IMG/VR virus record: IMGVR_UViG_3300016467_000680
Location: 1-38,926 of that record
From: a virus
Lineage: Duplodnaviria > Caudoviricetes
DNA length: 38,926 bases
Direction: 5' to 3' (one strand)
The position numbers and the translations under genes were made by a program. This document shows positions 19,868 through 27,113 of this stretch, piece by piece. The notes beneath the pieces are model-generated. The model ran no database searches. It saw only the letters and a list, made by a program, of their open reading frames with translations, and had not been told where the DNA came from. Within the stretch, counting starts at the first letter, position 1, and every line of letters starts with the position of its first letter.

Positions 19868-20557
19868 TCAGTGAACCGCTGCGATTGCCTGATCTGCCTT
19901 GCGCTTGCCGGTTCCGTGAGCGATGAAGGCAATCGCCACGCGTGAGCCTCTTCGCTCGCAGAGCTGACAATCGGCGCAGGTCTTGGTGTCACTCCGCTGC
20001 GCAGGGCAAACAAGCACGGCATTTCCTGCAGGCGTTCTCCATGCCTTGCGAGTTTCGGTTGATGGCACAACCAAGACGGCAGGCAAGCCCGCTGCGATGG
20101 CATGATCTGCTGCGGTTTCGGTTTCGGTTGAAACGTTCACGCGGAATCCGTTCTTGTTCGCGTAACGGATCAGGGCAGCGTTCTCACCTTTGCTGAGGTC
20201 ATGGTGGGTGTAAGTGAAACCACGCTTGCCACGGTTGGCGGCAACGATTCCCCGGATGAAGCGGCGAGAGATCCTACCGGCGCTGTGCGGCAGATCGCCC
20301 GCTTGATTGTGTCGCCAGATCTGACCTTTCGGCAGAGTGCGGATTGATTGCAGGAAATCAGCGAAAGGTACGCCACGATCGCCACGGGTGACGGCTGCCC
20401 AATGAAGCGCAAGCGGTCCGGTTTCCGCATAGCAGCCATTAGCAAGAAATGGGCAAGACGGGGAACAGCTCGCACGGGATGAAGTGCTGACCGGGATCGG
20501 TCCGGTTTTGACGTTTGAGCTGACTCGGGTTAGGTGGAAGCGGAGAGCAGAGAGCAT
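19868..20557 (-). CDS. Cys-rich phage protein (Gp88/DUF7227-like, possible Fe-S or metal binding)
   Basis: SNVKTGPI, CSPSC...GCYA, WRHNQAGD, FTYTH, CPAQ...CADCQLC. Confidence 0.7.
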   Translation of the reverse strand: MLSALRFHLTRVSSNVKTGPIPVSTSSRASCSPSCPFLANGCYAETGPLALHWAAVTRGDRGVPFADFLQSIRTLPKGQIWRHNQAGDLPHSAGRISRRFIRGIVAANRGKRGFTYTHHDLSKGENAALIRYANKNGFRVNVSTETETAADHAIAAGLPAVLVVPSTETRKAWRTPAGNAVLVCPAQRSDTKTCADCQLCERRGSRVAIAFIAHGTGKRKADQAIAAVH

Positions 20558-20586
20558 GGGACTAATGCGATTGGGTTGGATTGGGT

Positions 20587-20736
20587 TCAGGGTTCAGACG
20601 AAAACCACCAGGATTCCAGATCCTCGGGGTCGGGCTGCCAATCTTCGGGCAGATCGTTTTCAGCGATAAAGGCTGCGCGTTCTTCCTCGGCGATCTCTTC
20701 ACGTTCAAGCCAGAGCGGTACGTCGATCGGATGCAT
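20587..20736 (-). CDS. Small acidic early protein (49 aa)
   Basis: MHPIDVPLWLEREEIAEEERAAF...; ATG overlaps the upstream TAA (TAATG). Confidence 0.65.
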   Translation of the reverse strand: MHPIDVPLWLEREEIAEEERAAFIAENDLPEDWQPDPEDLESWWFSSEP

Positions 20737-20954
20737 TAGCGGAGCCTCTCGAGAGCGGAGAGATGGGCGCCGCCTCTGCGGGTGCCGTCCGGTCCGGTGA
20801 AATCCCATAGGATCTCGGCGAAATCGGAAGCGATTCCCCATAGGTTGACGATGGTGCCACGTGTTTGAGGCGTGAAGCCGGAAATGGCTCCGATGGTGCG
20901 GCAGAAACGGGAGCTGTAGCGGACGCGATCGCCCACCTTTAGGCGGTCAGTCAT
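20736..20954 (-). CDS. Small SH3/KOW-like early protein (72 aa)
   Basis: LKVGDRVRY...RGTIV...AEILWD pattern; coupled to its neighbours. Confidence 0.65.
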   Translation of the reverse strand: MTDRLKVGDRVRYSSRFCRTIGAISGFTPQTRGTIVNLWGIASDFAEILWDFTGPDGTRRGGAHLSALERLR

Positions 20955-21117
20955 TTGCCCACTGCATGCGGAACGGTTCGCCGATGGCGTCCAAAAAATC
21001 GCCGGGCTGACGGATTAGATCCCATTTGGCGAGAGCACCGTCGACAGAGTGAGCCTCGATTTCGATTTGGCGGGTGATGCCTTGCGCGGTTTCAAACGTA
21101 AGGAGAAAGGTCTTCAT
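20947..21117 (-). CDS. Small early protein (56 aa)
   Basis: Manual translation MKTFLLTFETAQGITRQIEIEAHSVDGALAKWDLIRQPGDFLDAIGEPFRMQWAND; fills the gap in the operon. Confidence 0.65.
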   Translation of the reverse strand: MKTFLLTFETAQGITRQIEIEAHSVDGALAKWDLIRQPGDFLDAIGEPFRMQWAND

Positions 21118-21123
21118 GCTTAA

Positions 21124-21306
21124 TCAGGCGAAAGGGTCTAGGTCTTGATCGGGAGCCTCAGCGTCGGCGAGACCCTGCAGATAGGAGAGCCGGGCGAGAT
21201 CTGCCACAGCGGCGGATTCTGTGGGCAGGATCGCCAGAGTCGGGCGATAGGAAGGAGCGGAGCGGATCAGATCGGCTGATTCTCCGGGAAGGATCGGACC
21301 GGTCAT
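21124..21306 (-). CDS. Small early protein (60 aa)
   Basis: MTGPILPGES...; ATGA overlap with the upstream gene. Confidence 0.6.
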   Translation of the reverse strand: MTGPILPGESADLIRSAPSYRPTLAILPTESAAVADLARLSYLQGLADAEAPDQDLDPFA

Positions 21307-21488
21307 GCGAGAGCCTGCCGGACGCGGTAGCGGCTGATTTGCAGACGGTCGGCAATGGCGGCTTGCGTCATGCCACAACGGCGGAGCATGCGGACGCGGC
21401 GGGCTTGCGACATCGTCGCCAGATCAACCAGAGCGATGATCAGCAGAAGGGGAAGAAATCCCCAGAAGAGAAAGGCGGTGAGAGTCAT
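21303..21488 (-). CDS. Membrane-anchored HTH protein (61 aa)
   Basis: Hydrophobic N-terminal helix, then GMTQAAIADRLQISRYRVRQAL HTH. Confidence 0.7.
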   Translation of the reverse strand: MTLTAFLFWGFLPLLLIIALVDLATMSQARRVRMLRRCGMTQAAIADRLQISRYRVRQALA

Positions 21489-21786
21489 GATTTCGGGAAG
21501 CGCGGCGGAGCGATTGGGAACCGCGCTTGCACCCATTATTGCCGGTATCGGTACGGGCGGCGAGAAACGTTGCCGAAATCACGCAATATTTGTACCGGTG
21601 CGGCGATTGGCATAGCGTGCGGCATGGTGAGCCGGTTCGATCCGGCGGAGCGGTGACAGGCACGTGACGGAAGGGCGAGCGTGTGGATGCACCTGGGAAA
21701 CGGTCCGCACAGCCGACCCATATACAGGGAGAGCGACCCGAAAACAACGGGCGACCCCACAGCGGGAATCGTGCGGCGGGAACCGT

Positions 21787-21946
21787 GAGAATGATTCCCA
21801 TTCCCAACCTGCCACATAGCTTTTGAGAATGATTCTCATTATCAGTGTTTCTTGCTGACCTTGCGAGAATGATTCTCATTATCAGCCTGTCAGGGCATGC
21901 TCTTATGCGGCTGCCAGCATATTGAGAATGATTCTCATTATCATTT
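21787..21946. promoter_or_regulatory. Fur-box-like direct repeat array (4 copies)
   Basis: GAGAATGATTCTCATTATCA exact at 21825, 21865 and 21924, degenerate at 21787; 16/19 match to GATAATGATAATCATTATC. Confidence 0.65.
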
Positions 21947-21964
21947 CCAAACGCGGAAAGACCC

Positions 21965-22080
21965 TATAACCGACTTCTCCTTATAACCGACTCCTTGCAA
22001 GAACTTTGGCATTTTGCCTATAACCGACCCACCGCAAGAACTTCGGCATGCCGCCTATAACCGATACCTCGCAAGAACTT
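21965..22080. repeat. 37-bp tandem repeat (TATAACCGA-N6-GCAAGAACTT)
   Basis: TATAACCGA at 21965, 21982, 22019 and 22056; the last three are each followed after 6 nt by GCAAGAACTT. Confidence 0.85.
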
Positions 22081-22825
22081 ACAGTTTTTGACTCGCGATT
22101 GATTCTGAAAGTGCGCGTCCAAATTCCTTGTTCCAGATTTGAGAAGCGTGATTCCTTCCGACATCAAAGAATTTGAATTTGCCGGTGTACGTGGGTGTAC
22201 GCGTAAACCAGAACACGGCACGATCCTGCTCGTATCCAGCAGGCACATTGGTGCGATAGATACCCGGATAAAGTTTTCCCGTCTTCTGCCTGACCGCAAA
22301 GTATTGATTGGTTGCGCGTTTGCGTTTGGCGTATTTGGCATATACAAAAGCACTTGAATCACGGAAAGCCTCAAGGCTGTAGAGGATTTCGGTGTACTGC
22401 CCAGGCGTGACGTTGCCGTATTGATTCCTGCGAAGGAAGTCAGATTGCGTCGGGATTGCGTATTGACTGCCAGCAAGCAGTCCTTTGTATTTCAAGGATT
22501 TCTGGAATCGCGTGTCATATGCCGGACCACCATAAATTTGAGGTGCTAGGTATTTGACTGCCGGATTGCCTTTTGGTGCAAACTCCCGGAGTCCAACTTC
22601 AGCTTCAAGGTTGGTTTTAGTTGATGATTTAACGTAAAGGCTATTGAGGGTAAACGGAACGGGATTATTGAATGTTGTCCTCATTTCTTGCCGCAATCGT
22701 TCCTTCATCGATGCAGCAACGCGATTCAAAGCGACTGAAGCGGCGAAAGGCACCTCAAGGCGTTGCATGCGATCAAGCTTGCGCAAGATCGGGTTGACAT
22801 CAAACTCGATGCTTTGGATTGCCAT
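22079..22825 (-). CDS. Putative neck/tail completion protein (gpZ-like)
   Basis: VPFAASVALNRVA...TFNNPVPFTLNS...YLAPQIYGG; basic ~248 aa; ATG at 22825. Confidence 0.6.
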   Translation of the reverse strand: MAIQSIEFDVNPILRKLDRMQRLEVPFAASVALNRVAASMKERLRQEMRTTFNNPVPFTLNSLYVKSSTKTNLEAEVGLREFAPKGNPAVKYLAPQIYGGPAYDTRFQKSLKYKGLLAGSQYAIPTQSDFLRRNQYGNVTPGQYTEILYSLEAFRDSSAFVYAKYAKRKRATNQYFAVRQKTGKLYPGIYRTNVPAGYEQDRAVFWFTRTPTYTGKFKFFDVGRNHASQIWNKEFGRALSESIASQKL

Positions 22826-22836
22826 GAGTGCATCAT

Positions 22837-22889
22837 AAAAAAATCGCCCCGGTGAGACCACTGCCTCAGCACGGGACGACCCAATCGCA
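22837..22889 (-). ncRNA. Candidate ~53-nt small RNA with intrinsic terminator
   Basis: Extended -10 TGCTATACT at 22895-22903; hairpin TCGTCCCG/CGGGGCGA with inner TGAGGC/GTCTCA (G-U pairs only on minus); then T7. Confidence 0.5.
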
Positions 22890-22904
22890 AACAGAGTATA
22901 GCAC

Positions 22905-23087
22905 CTAGTGGGTCACGTGGTGCTGGATGCCTCTGTAGGTCAGATCAGCATCAACCGCTTGGGTGTGCTGGGTATCGGTGTAAGGGACGCCACGATACGC
23001 CTTGGCTAGAAGCATTTGGGCGTCATGCAGACGCTGTTGACGTTGGATCTGCTGCTTAATGAGCTGCAGTGGATTGAGGTTGGACAT
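22905..23087 (-). CDS. DUF4278-like small protein (60 aa)
   Basis: Two YRG motifs (AYRGVPY, LTYRGIQH); GGAG RBS before the ATG at 23087. Confidence 0.7.
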   Translation of the reverse strand: MSNLNPLQLIKQQIQRQQRLHDAQMLLAKAYRGVPYTDTQHTQAVDADLTYRGIQHHVTH

Positions 23088-23102
23088 AGCCGCTCCGGCA
23101 GT

Positions 23103-23156
23103 ACCCGCAATCCCGTTCCACATTGCGGATGTTCTGCAACCCATGTGGGTCGAACG
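23103..23156 (-). ncRNA. Downstream-peptide / glutamine-II riboswitch-like RNA
   Basis: CGTTC...GGAACG closing stem, GACCC-ACAT-GGGTT hairpin followed by GCA, and CCGCAAT/ATTGCGG pseudoknot; sits in the leader of a YRG peptide gene. Confidence 0.7.
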
Positions 23157-23178
23157 TAATTACAAACTAGAACTACTT

Positions 23179-23622
23179 TTATTTAAATGGCAATGTTTCG
23201 GTGTCCATGACGGTGATGTGAACGCCGGGATCCTCGTTCTGCCCGCAGAAACGCTTGTACACCGAAAGGCTGTACACGAGCGAATCGTCTTTGATCATGC
23301 CTGCAAGGGTTAGCGAATCCAGCACTGCCCTGACGCATTTATCGAGATCTGGGCGGGTGGTTTTGTACTTCGGTGCATTCGCCTTGACTTGCCCGTTGGT
23401 GGTGAAGTGAGCCTTGGGACGCGGGAAGCAGAACACCAGTGCAACACCGATGGGAGTCTCGATGGGTGCGGTGACGCCTTGTTGCCGTGCATCAGCGATG
23501 ATCGCTTCACGCCAAGGTTTCAAAGCCTTACAAGACTCAACCATGCGTCCAAAGCCGACGTGCTTCTTGCTGCCTTGTGGAGCAGGCACGCCGATGGTTT
23601 TCCATGCGTAGGTGTTGTTCAT
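23179..23622 (-). CDS. rusA: RusA-family Holliday junction resolvase
   Basis: PAPQGSK, FPRPK, RPDLDK...LDSL...DDSLV catalytic pattern. Confidence 0.88.
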   Translation of the reverse strand: MNNTYAWKTIGVPAPQGSKKHVGFGRMVESCKALKPWREAIIADARQQGVTAPIETPIGVALVFCFPRPKAHFTTNGQVKANAPKYKTTRPDLDKCVRAVLDSLTLAGMIKDDSLVYSLSVYKRFCGQNEDPGVHITVMDTETLPFK

Positions 23623-23819
23623 GGCTGCCGCAGGCGAAGGCGGCTTTTACCGCTAATCATCTGCCAACAGTATTCGTCCTTGTCCATGATGTACTCATGG
23701 GTGAAGAGGTTTTCACCGCATTTTCGGCAGCGCAATTGCCGCAGGGTGTGATCCTCACAGGGGTGCGTTTCGATGACGCGGAAGGATGTGCTTTCGCAAT
23801 TGGAGCAGGTGTGCTTCAT
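23619..23819 (-). CDS. Zinc-ribbon protein
   Basis: CSNC...RVIET...RCRKCGENLFTHE, similar to an NrdR N-terminal ribbon. Confidence 0.7.
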   Translation of the reverse strand: MKHTCSNCESTSFRVIETHPCEDHTLRQLRCRKCGENLFTHEYIMDKDEYCWQMISGKSRLRLRQP

Positions 23820-24562
23820 GGATCGATGCGTTCGAAATGATGGTTGTTGGCGGCGTATCCGTAACGGACTGCTCCGTAAATCACGCTGTCGGTAACGAAG
23901 AAGGCTTTTGCGGCTTCCGCTTGTGAGTTAAAGATTTGCCCGGTTTCAATGCAGCGCACTTTTTTAGGCGTGGCGGCAGATTTGTTGCGACGCGGGAAGT
24001 TTTCGGTGATGTATTCAACGAGTTTTAGATCTTCCAGAAGGATGTAGAGATCAACGAAGTCAATACCACCAAAGCATTCTGGGTTGAGTCGTGCGAAGTC
24101 ACGAATGTTTTTGCTGGTGGTGTATTTGGTTGAACAACGAGCTTGGCGTTGCTTGTAGAACTTCAAACCATTTTTGCGGTTTGCCCTGAACCAGCTTCTG
24201 ACGGTATCAACTGAGATGCCAAGAGTTTTAGCGATGGTGGTTGGTGTGTAGACGGAATACTTGGCATCAATTGATAAACCAAGTTCTTTCATCTTTGACC
24301 AAACCGAATACGTTGATCGTTTTTTGAAGCCACAACCGCAAATTGCGTTGTTGAAGGCGCGAACAAGTTGATGGCTTGGCATTGACTCAGCGATGTCCTT
24401 CAAGATTTCAATTTCACGTGGTTGCCAACGTCTTGAGTTAGTCCGTGCAAGTTTGCCTCTGCAACTGCCAGAACAGGTTTGTCCTTTGAAATTTGGTTGT
24501 GTTGTGAATTTTGTTCCACAGACAGCGCAGAACCTGTAGGTGCAATTTGGTCGTCGAGACAT
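23816..24562 (-). CDS. DNA-binding protein (Zn finger + HTH + NUMOD1-like)
   Basis: CAVC...TCSGSC, IAKTLGISVDTVRSW, KKVRCIETGQIFNSQAEAAK; ATG at 24562. Confidence 0.7.
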   Translation of the reverse strand: MSRRPNCTYRFCAVCGTKFTTQPNFKGQTCSGSCRGKLARTNSRRWQPREIEILKDIAESMPSHQLVRAFNNAICGCGFKKRSTYSVWSKMKELGLSIDAKYSVYTPTTIAKTLGISVDTVRSWFRANRKNGLKFYKQRQARCSTKYTTSKNIRDFARLNPECFGGIDFVDLYILLEDLKLVEYITENFPRRNKSAATPKKVRCIETGQIFNSQAEAAKAFFVTDSVIYGAVRYGYAANNHHFERIDP

Positions 24563-24564
24563 CC

Positions 24565-24804
24565 TCAGGATTGGGTTAATTCGAAGCAATCGGACGGTGT
24601 GCGTGCCATGAGGCGAATGCAATTGATGATGCTGTAGGCATCAAGAGAATCCATGTCTTTCTTGTCGGTGGCTGCGACAAGGAGGTTTGAAAGTTCCTCG
24701 AGTGTTGCTCGCACCTGTTGTTGATTGACGTGGTGCTTGGGCTTGAGCAGGCGGTTGTTGGTTTTAAGTGTGAGCAACTCGATTGGACCGATCATTGAAT
24801 TCAT
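24565..24804 (-). CDS. Hypothetical protein
   Basis: 79-aa ORF in the co-oriented operon. Confidence 0.55.
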   Translation of the reverse strand: MNSMIGPIELLTLKTNNRLLKPKHHVNQQQVRATLEELSNLLVAATDKKDMDSLDAYSIINCIRLMARTPSDCFELTQS

Positions 24805-24822
24805 GATGGTTAGTGGGTCTGA

Positions 24823-25173
24823 CTAATCGGGCAGGGATTCAAGAGCGCGGCGGATGGCGTCTATCTCGTCAGGCGTCAAATCACCGCTCGGTCCGAAGAC
24901 CTGCAAAGCGGCTAGCGCTTTGTCCTTCAAGCTCGGCGGCTTGGGTCGGCGGGCGGCGCGGATTCGACTGCTCCAGGTTGTGCTGTGATGCTGCGAATCA
25001 AGCCACTCACAACACGCCTCCAGCTCCTGATCAGCGCCCCAGCGGGCGGCGTGGGTGCAGATGAGATGCTCGTAGTTTGCCGGGTAAGCTCCGATGCAGT
25101 CACGCGAGCTGGTGCTCTCCAGCCACTGCTCCACCAGCTCAGGCGGTGGGGTTATCGGGTGTTCTTGAATCAT
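24823..25173 (-). CDS. Hypothetical phage protein (HPITPPPELVEQW / GADQELEACCEW type)
   Basis: GAGG RBS before the ATG at 25173; the ORF-track upstream extension overlaps another gene. Confidence 0.7.
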   Translation of the reverse strand: MIQEHPITPPPELVEQWLESTSSRDCIGAYPANYEHLICTHAARWGADQELEACCEWLDSQHHSTTWSSRIRAARRPKPPSLKDKALAALQVFGPSGDLTPDEIDAIRRALESLPD

Positions 25174-25207
25174 TGTTGAACCTCGTAGTGTGTAGAACTT
25201 GGAAATC

Positions 25208-25531
25208 TCAATAAGCAATTTGAACTTTGCCGATGCCATCAAGCGGGACACCAAGGCGGTAGGCAGCACCTGCTGAAAGGTCAATGCTGTTGCATTCACA
25301 GCGATCAGTGATTGGCACGGTGAGTGAACGTCCTTTGTGTTGAACGCGAACACGTGTGCCGCAGGGCAACCAAGGATGAGCTGCTGAGATTCCCCAGTGT
25401 TGATAGGTTTGCCCGCAGTAGGCGGTGCGACCGTGATACCACCCGTCGTAAACGGTGGCGGTGACGGTGCGTGCATAAGCGGGCGTGGTGAACAGCAGGG
25501 CGATCGATGCCCAGATTGTTGTACGGATCAT
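25208..25531 (-). CDS. RlpA-like double-psi beta-barrel protein with signal peptide
   Basis: Signal peptide ending AYA; SAAHPWLPCGTRVRV...ITDRC...IDLSAGAAYRLG. Confidence 0.85.
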   Translation of the reverse strand: MIRTTIWASIALLFTTPAYARTVTATVYDGWYHGRTAYCGQTYQHWGISAAHPWLPCGTRVRVQHKGRSLTVPITDRCECNSIDLSAGAAYRLGVPLDGIGKVQIAY

Positions 25532-25869
25532 GCCCGTACAGTCCAGAAAGGTGTGCCTTGCTTTTGCACTGCATTACCAATAGCGCGTGCGGTTTCTTCT
25601 AGCTCTTTGAGATTTTCACGAGCAGCCACCACATCGTTGCAATCGTCGTAGCTCCAAGTAACACGACCAGTGTTGAAGATGAAATTGGTGTCTTCAAAGT
25701 GATAGGTATTAGGAGCATCAGTTTTGATGTGATCAAGGTCGCCATTTTCAACGTGATGCGTCAGCAATGTTTGGATGGCTTTGATGTCAGCCAGCAAAGC
25801 ACGCTCTTTGGACTTGAGATGCGCTAGTTCGCGCAACAAGTCTTCGGCAGTGTTCTGATACATGTCCAT
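25528..25869 (-). CDS. Hypothetical protein (coiled-coil N-terminus)
   Basis: About 113 aa; ATGA overlap with the RlpA-like gene. Confidence 0.65.
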   Translation of the reverse strand: MDMYQNTAEDLLRELAHLKSKERALLADIKAIQTLLTHHVENGDLDHIKTDAPNTYHFEDTNFIFNTGRVTWSYDDCNDVVAARENLKELEETARAIGNAVQKQGTPFWTVRA

Positions 25870-25914
25870 TGGTGATTGTGAATTGAGTGAAAAGAGCGAT
25901 GACAAGAGCAAAGG

Positions 25915-26103
25915 TCAGAAAAAGAGTCGGGCGCATTTTTCTTCAACCGGCGGTGGGTTGGTGGTGTCTTCCCAGACGATTTCATCCATGTATTCGGAAT
26001 ACGTGCGCCAGACGCGTGCTTTGGCGTCATTGAAACTGAAGGCTTCGACGTAATCGCGAATGGATTTGGACGGGATGCGGAAGTAAAAGTGCTTGGTTTG
26101 CAT
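25915..26103 (-). CDS. Hypothetical protein
   Basis: MQTKHFYFRIPSK...; -10-like TATGAT upstream near 26145-26152. Confidence 0.6.
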   Translation of the reverse strand: MQTKHFYFRIPSKSIRDYVEAFSFNDAKARVWRTYSEYMDEIVWEDTTNPPPVEEKCARLFF

Positions 26104-26157
26104 GGTGGGGACGAGAGGCGCGATCGGGTGCCTCATGACCACATCATACACGTACCC

Positions 26158-26850
26158 CTACGGGTTGAGAAGCGCGAACGCCTGAATTCGTTGTGTCCAA
26201 TGAGACTCATGCCGTTCCAGCTCCTTGCCAAATGCCGCAACCGGGTGAGCAGCCTGATCGGGGAAGACGTACAACGCCAGAAAGCGATCCACCTTAATGC
26301 CGTAATTCTCAGCCAGACAAATCCGATACGCCTGCATCTGGCACATTGCCTCATCAGTGATCTGCTTTGTCGGCTTCGCCTTGTTCTCCGCTTTGGTCTT
26401 CAGGTCAAGCAGGACGAACTCACCGTTGAGCTTGACGAGAGCATCCAAAGTACCGGCGAATGGTACTGCTCCTTCATCACTGCACACCTGATGCTCAGTG
26501 CAGACCACATGATCAAGGTGCTGCCACAGCGGTGATGCTTTGATGCGTTCACACCAAGGTGCGATGGCTTCCGGTGGTTCAGGTGCCTGCTTGTGCAGGA
26601 ATGCCTCAAACCAATCGTGAATCAATGATCCGCGACGAGCAGCCTGATCACGGGTTTCATCAGGATCACCACCTTCAGCGATGATTTTCTGCTTCCACCT
26701 GCGAAGCGCATGCTTCGTGTTCTCAGATTGAGTCGCAGATAAGATTGACGTGATCGAGGTGTATTTGAGATCAGGACGCGCCTCGTTCCAGTAGTAGCGC
26801 GGTTGCCCTACAGGGTTTCGCTGAATTAGCGGAAGACGCTGCAAGGGCAT
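26158..26850 (-). CDS. PD-(D/E)XK exonuclease
   Basis: SITSIL, RGSLIH, FAGTLDAL...LLDLKT, QMQAY motifs. Confidence 0.85.
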   Translation of the reverse strand: MPLQRLPLIQRNPVGQPRYYWNEARPDLKYTSITSILSATQSENTKHALRRWKQKIIAEGGDPDETRDQAARRGSLIHDWFEAFLHKQAPEPPEAIAPWCERIKASPLWQHLDHVVCTEHQVCSDEGAVPFAGTLDALVKLNGEFVLLDLKTKAENKAKPTKQITDEAMCQMQAYRICLAENYGIKVDRFLALYVFPDQAAHPVAAFGKELERHESHWTQRIQAFALLNP

Positions 26851-26885
26851 CCTGTAGCCATTGCTTTCTGTGATGGTAACGAGTT

Positions 26886-27113
26886 TCACAGAATGAAGTC
26901 ATCCTGCTGATTCTTTTCAGCATCGCGCAGGAGGTTGCGATACACGGGTTCCTTTCCGATGTAACCCTGCGCGACGCAGAACTTGCGGTAATCAGCGAAG
27001 TTCATCTGCGTGCCGGGTGGTGGGTTGTCGAGATCCTCAAGAGTCCAATAACCCTTGGCGATGCCGTCGCGGAGAATCTTGACGGCAGATGCGGTGTCAA
27101 AAGTGCGTTTCAT
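26886..27113 (-). CDS. Hypothetical protein
   Basis: 75 aa (GIAKGYWTLEDLDNPPPG) in the operon. Confidence 0.65.
   Translation of the reverse strand: MKRTFDTASAVKILRDGIAKGYWTLEDLDNPPPGTQMNFADYRKFCVAQGYIGKEPVYRNLLRDAEKNQQDDFIL

Noticed and set aside
21339-21879. Several overlapping ORFs in the ORF track upstream of the early operon
   Set aside because: They cross the promoter and repeat region, lack an RBS and have low-complexity Arg/Pro composition; treated as non-coding.
21787-22080. Repeat arrays as a CRISPR mini-array
   Set aside because: Repeats are 20 bp or shorter, spacers are irregular (18, 20, 39 nt) or only 6 nt, and there are no cas genes; protein-binding sites fit better.
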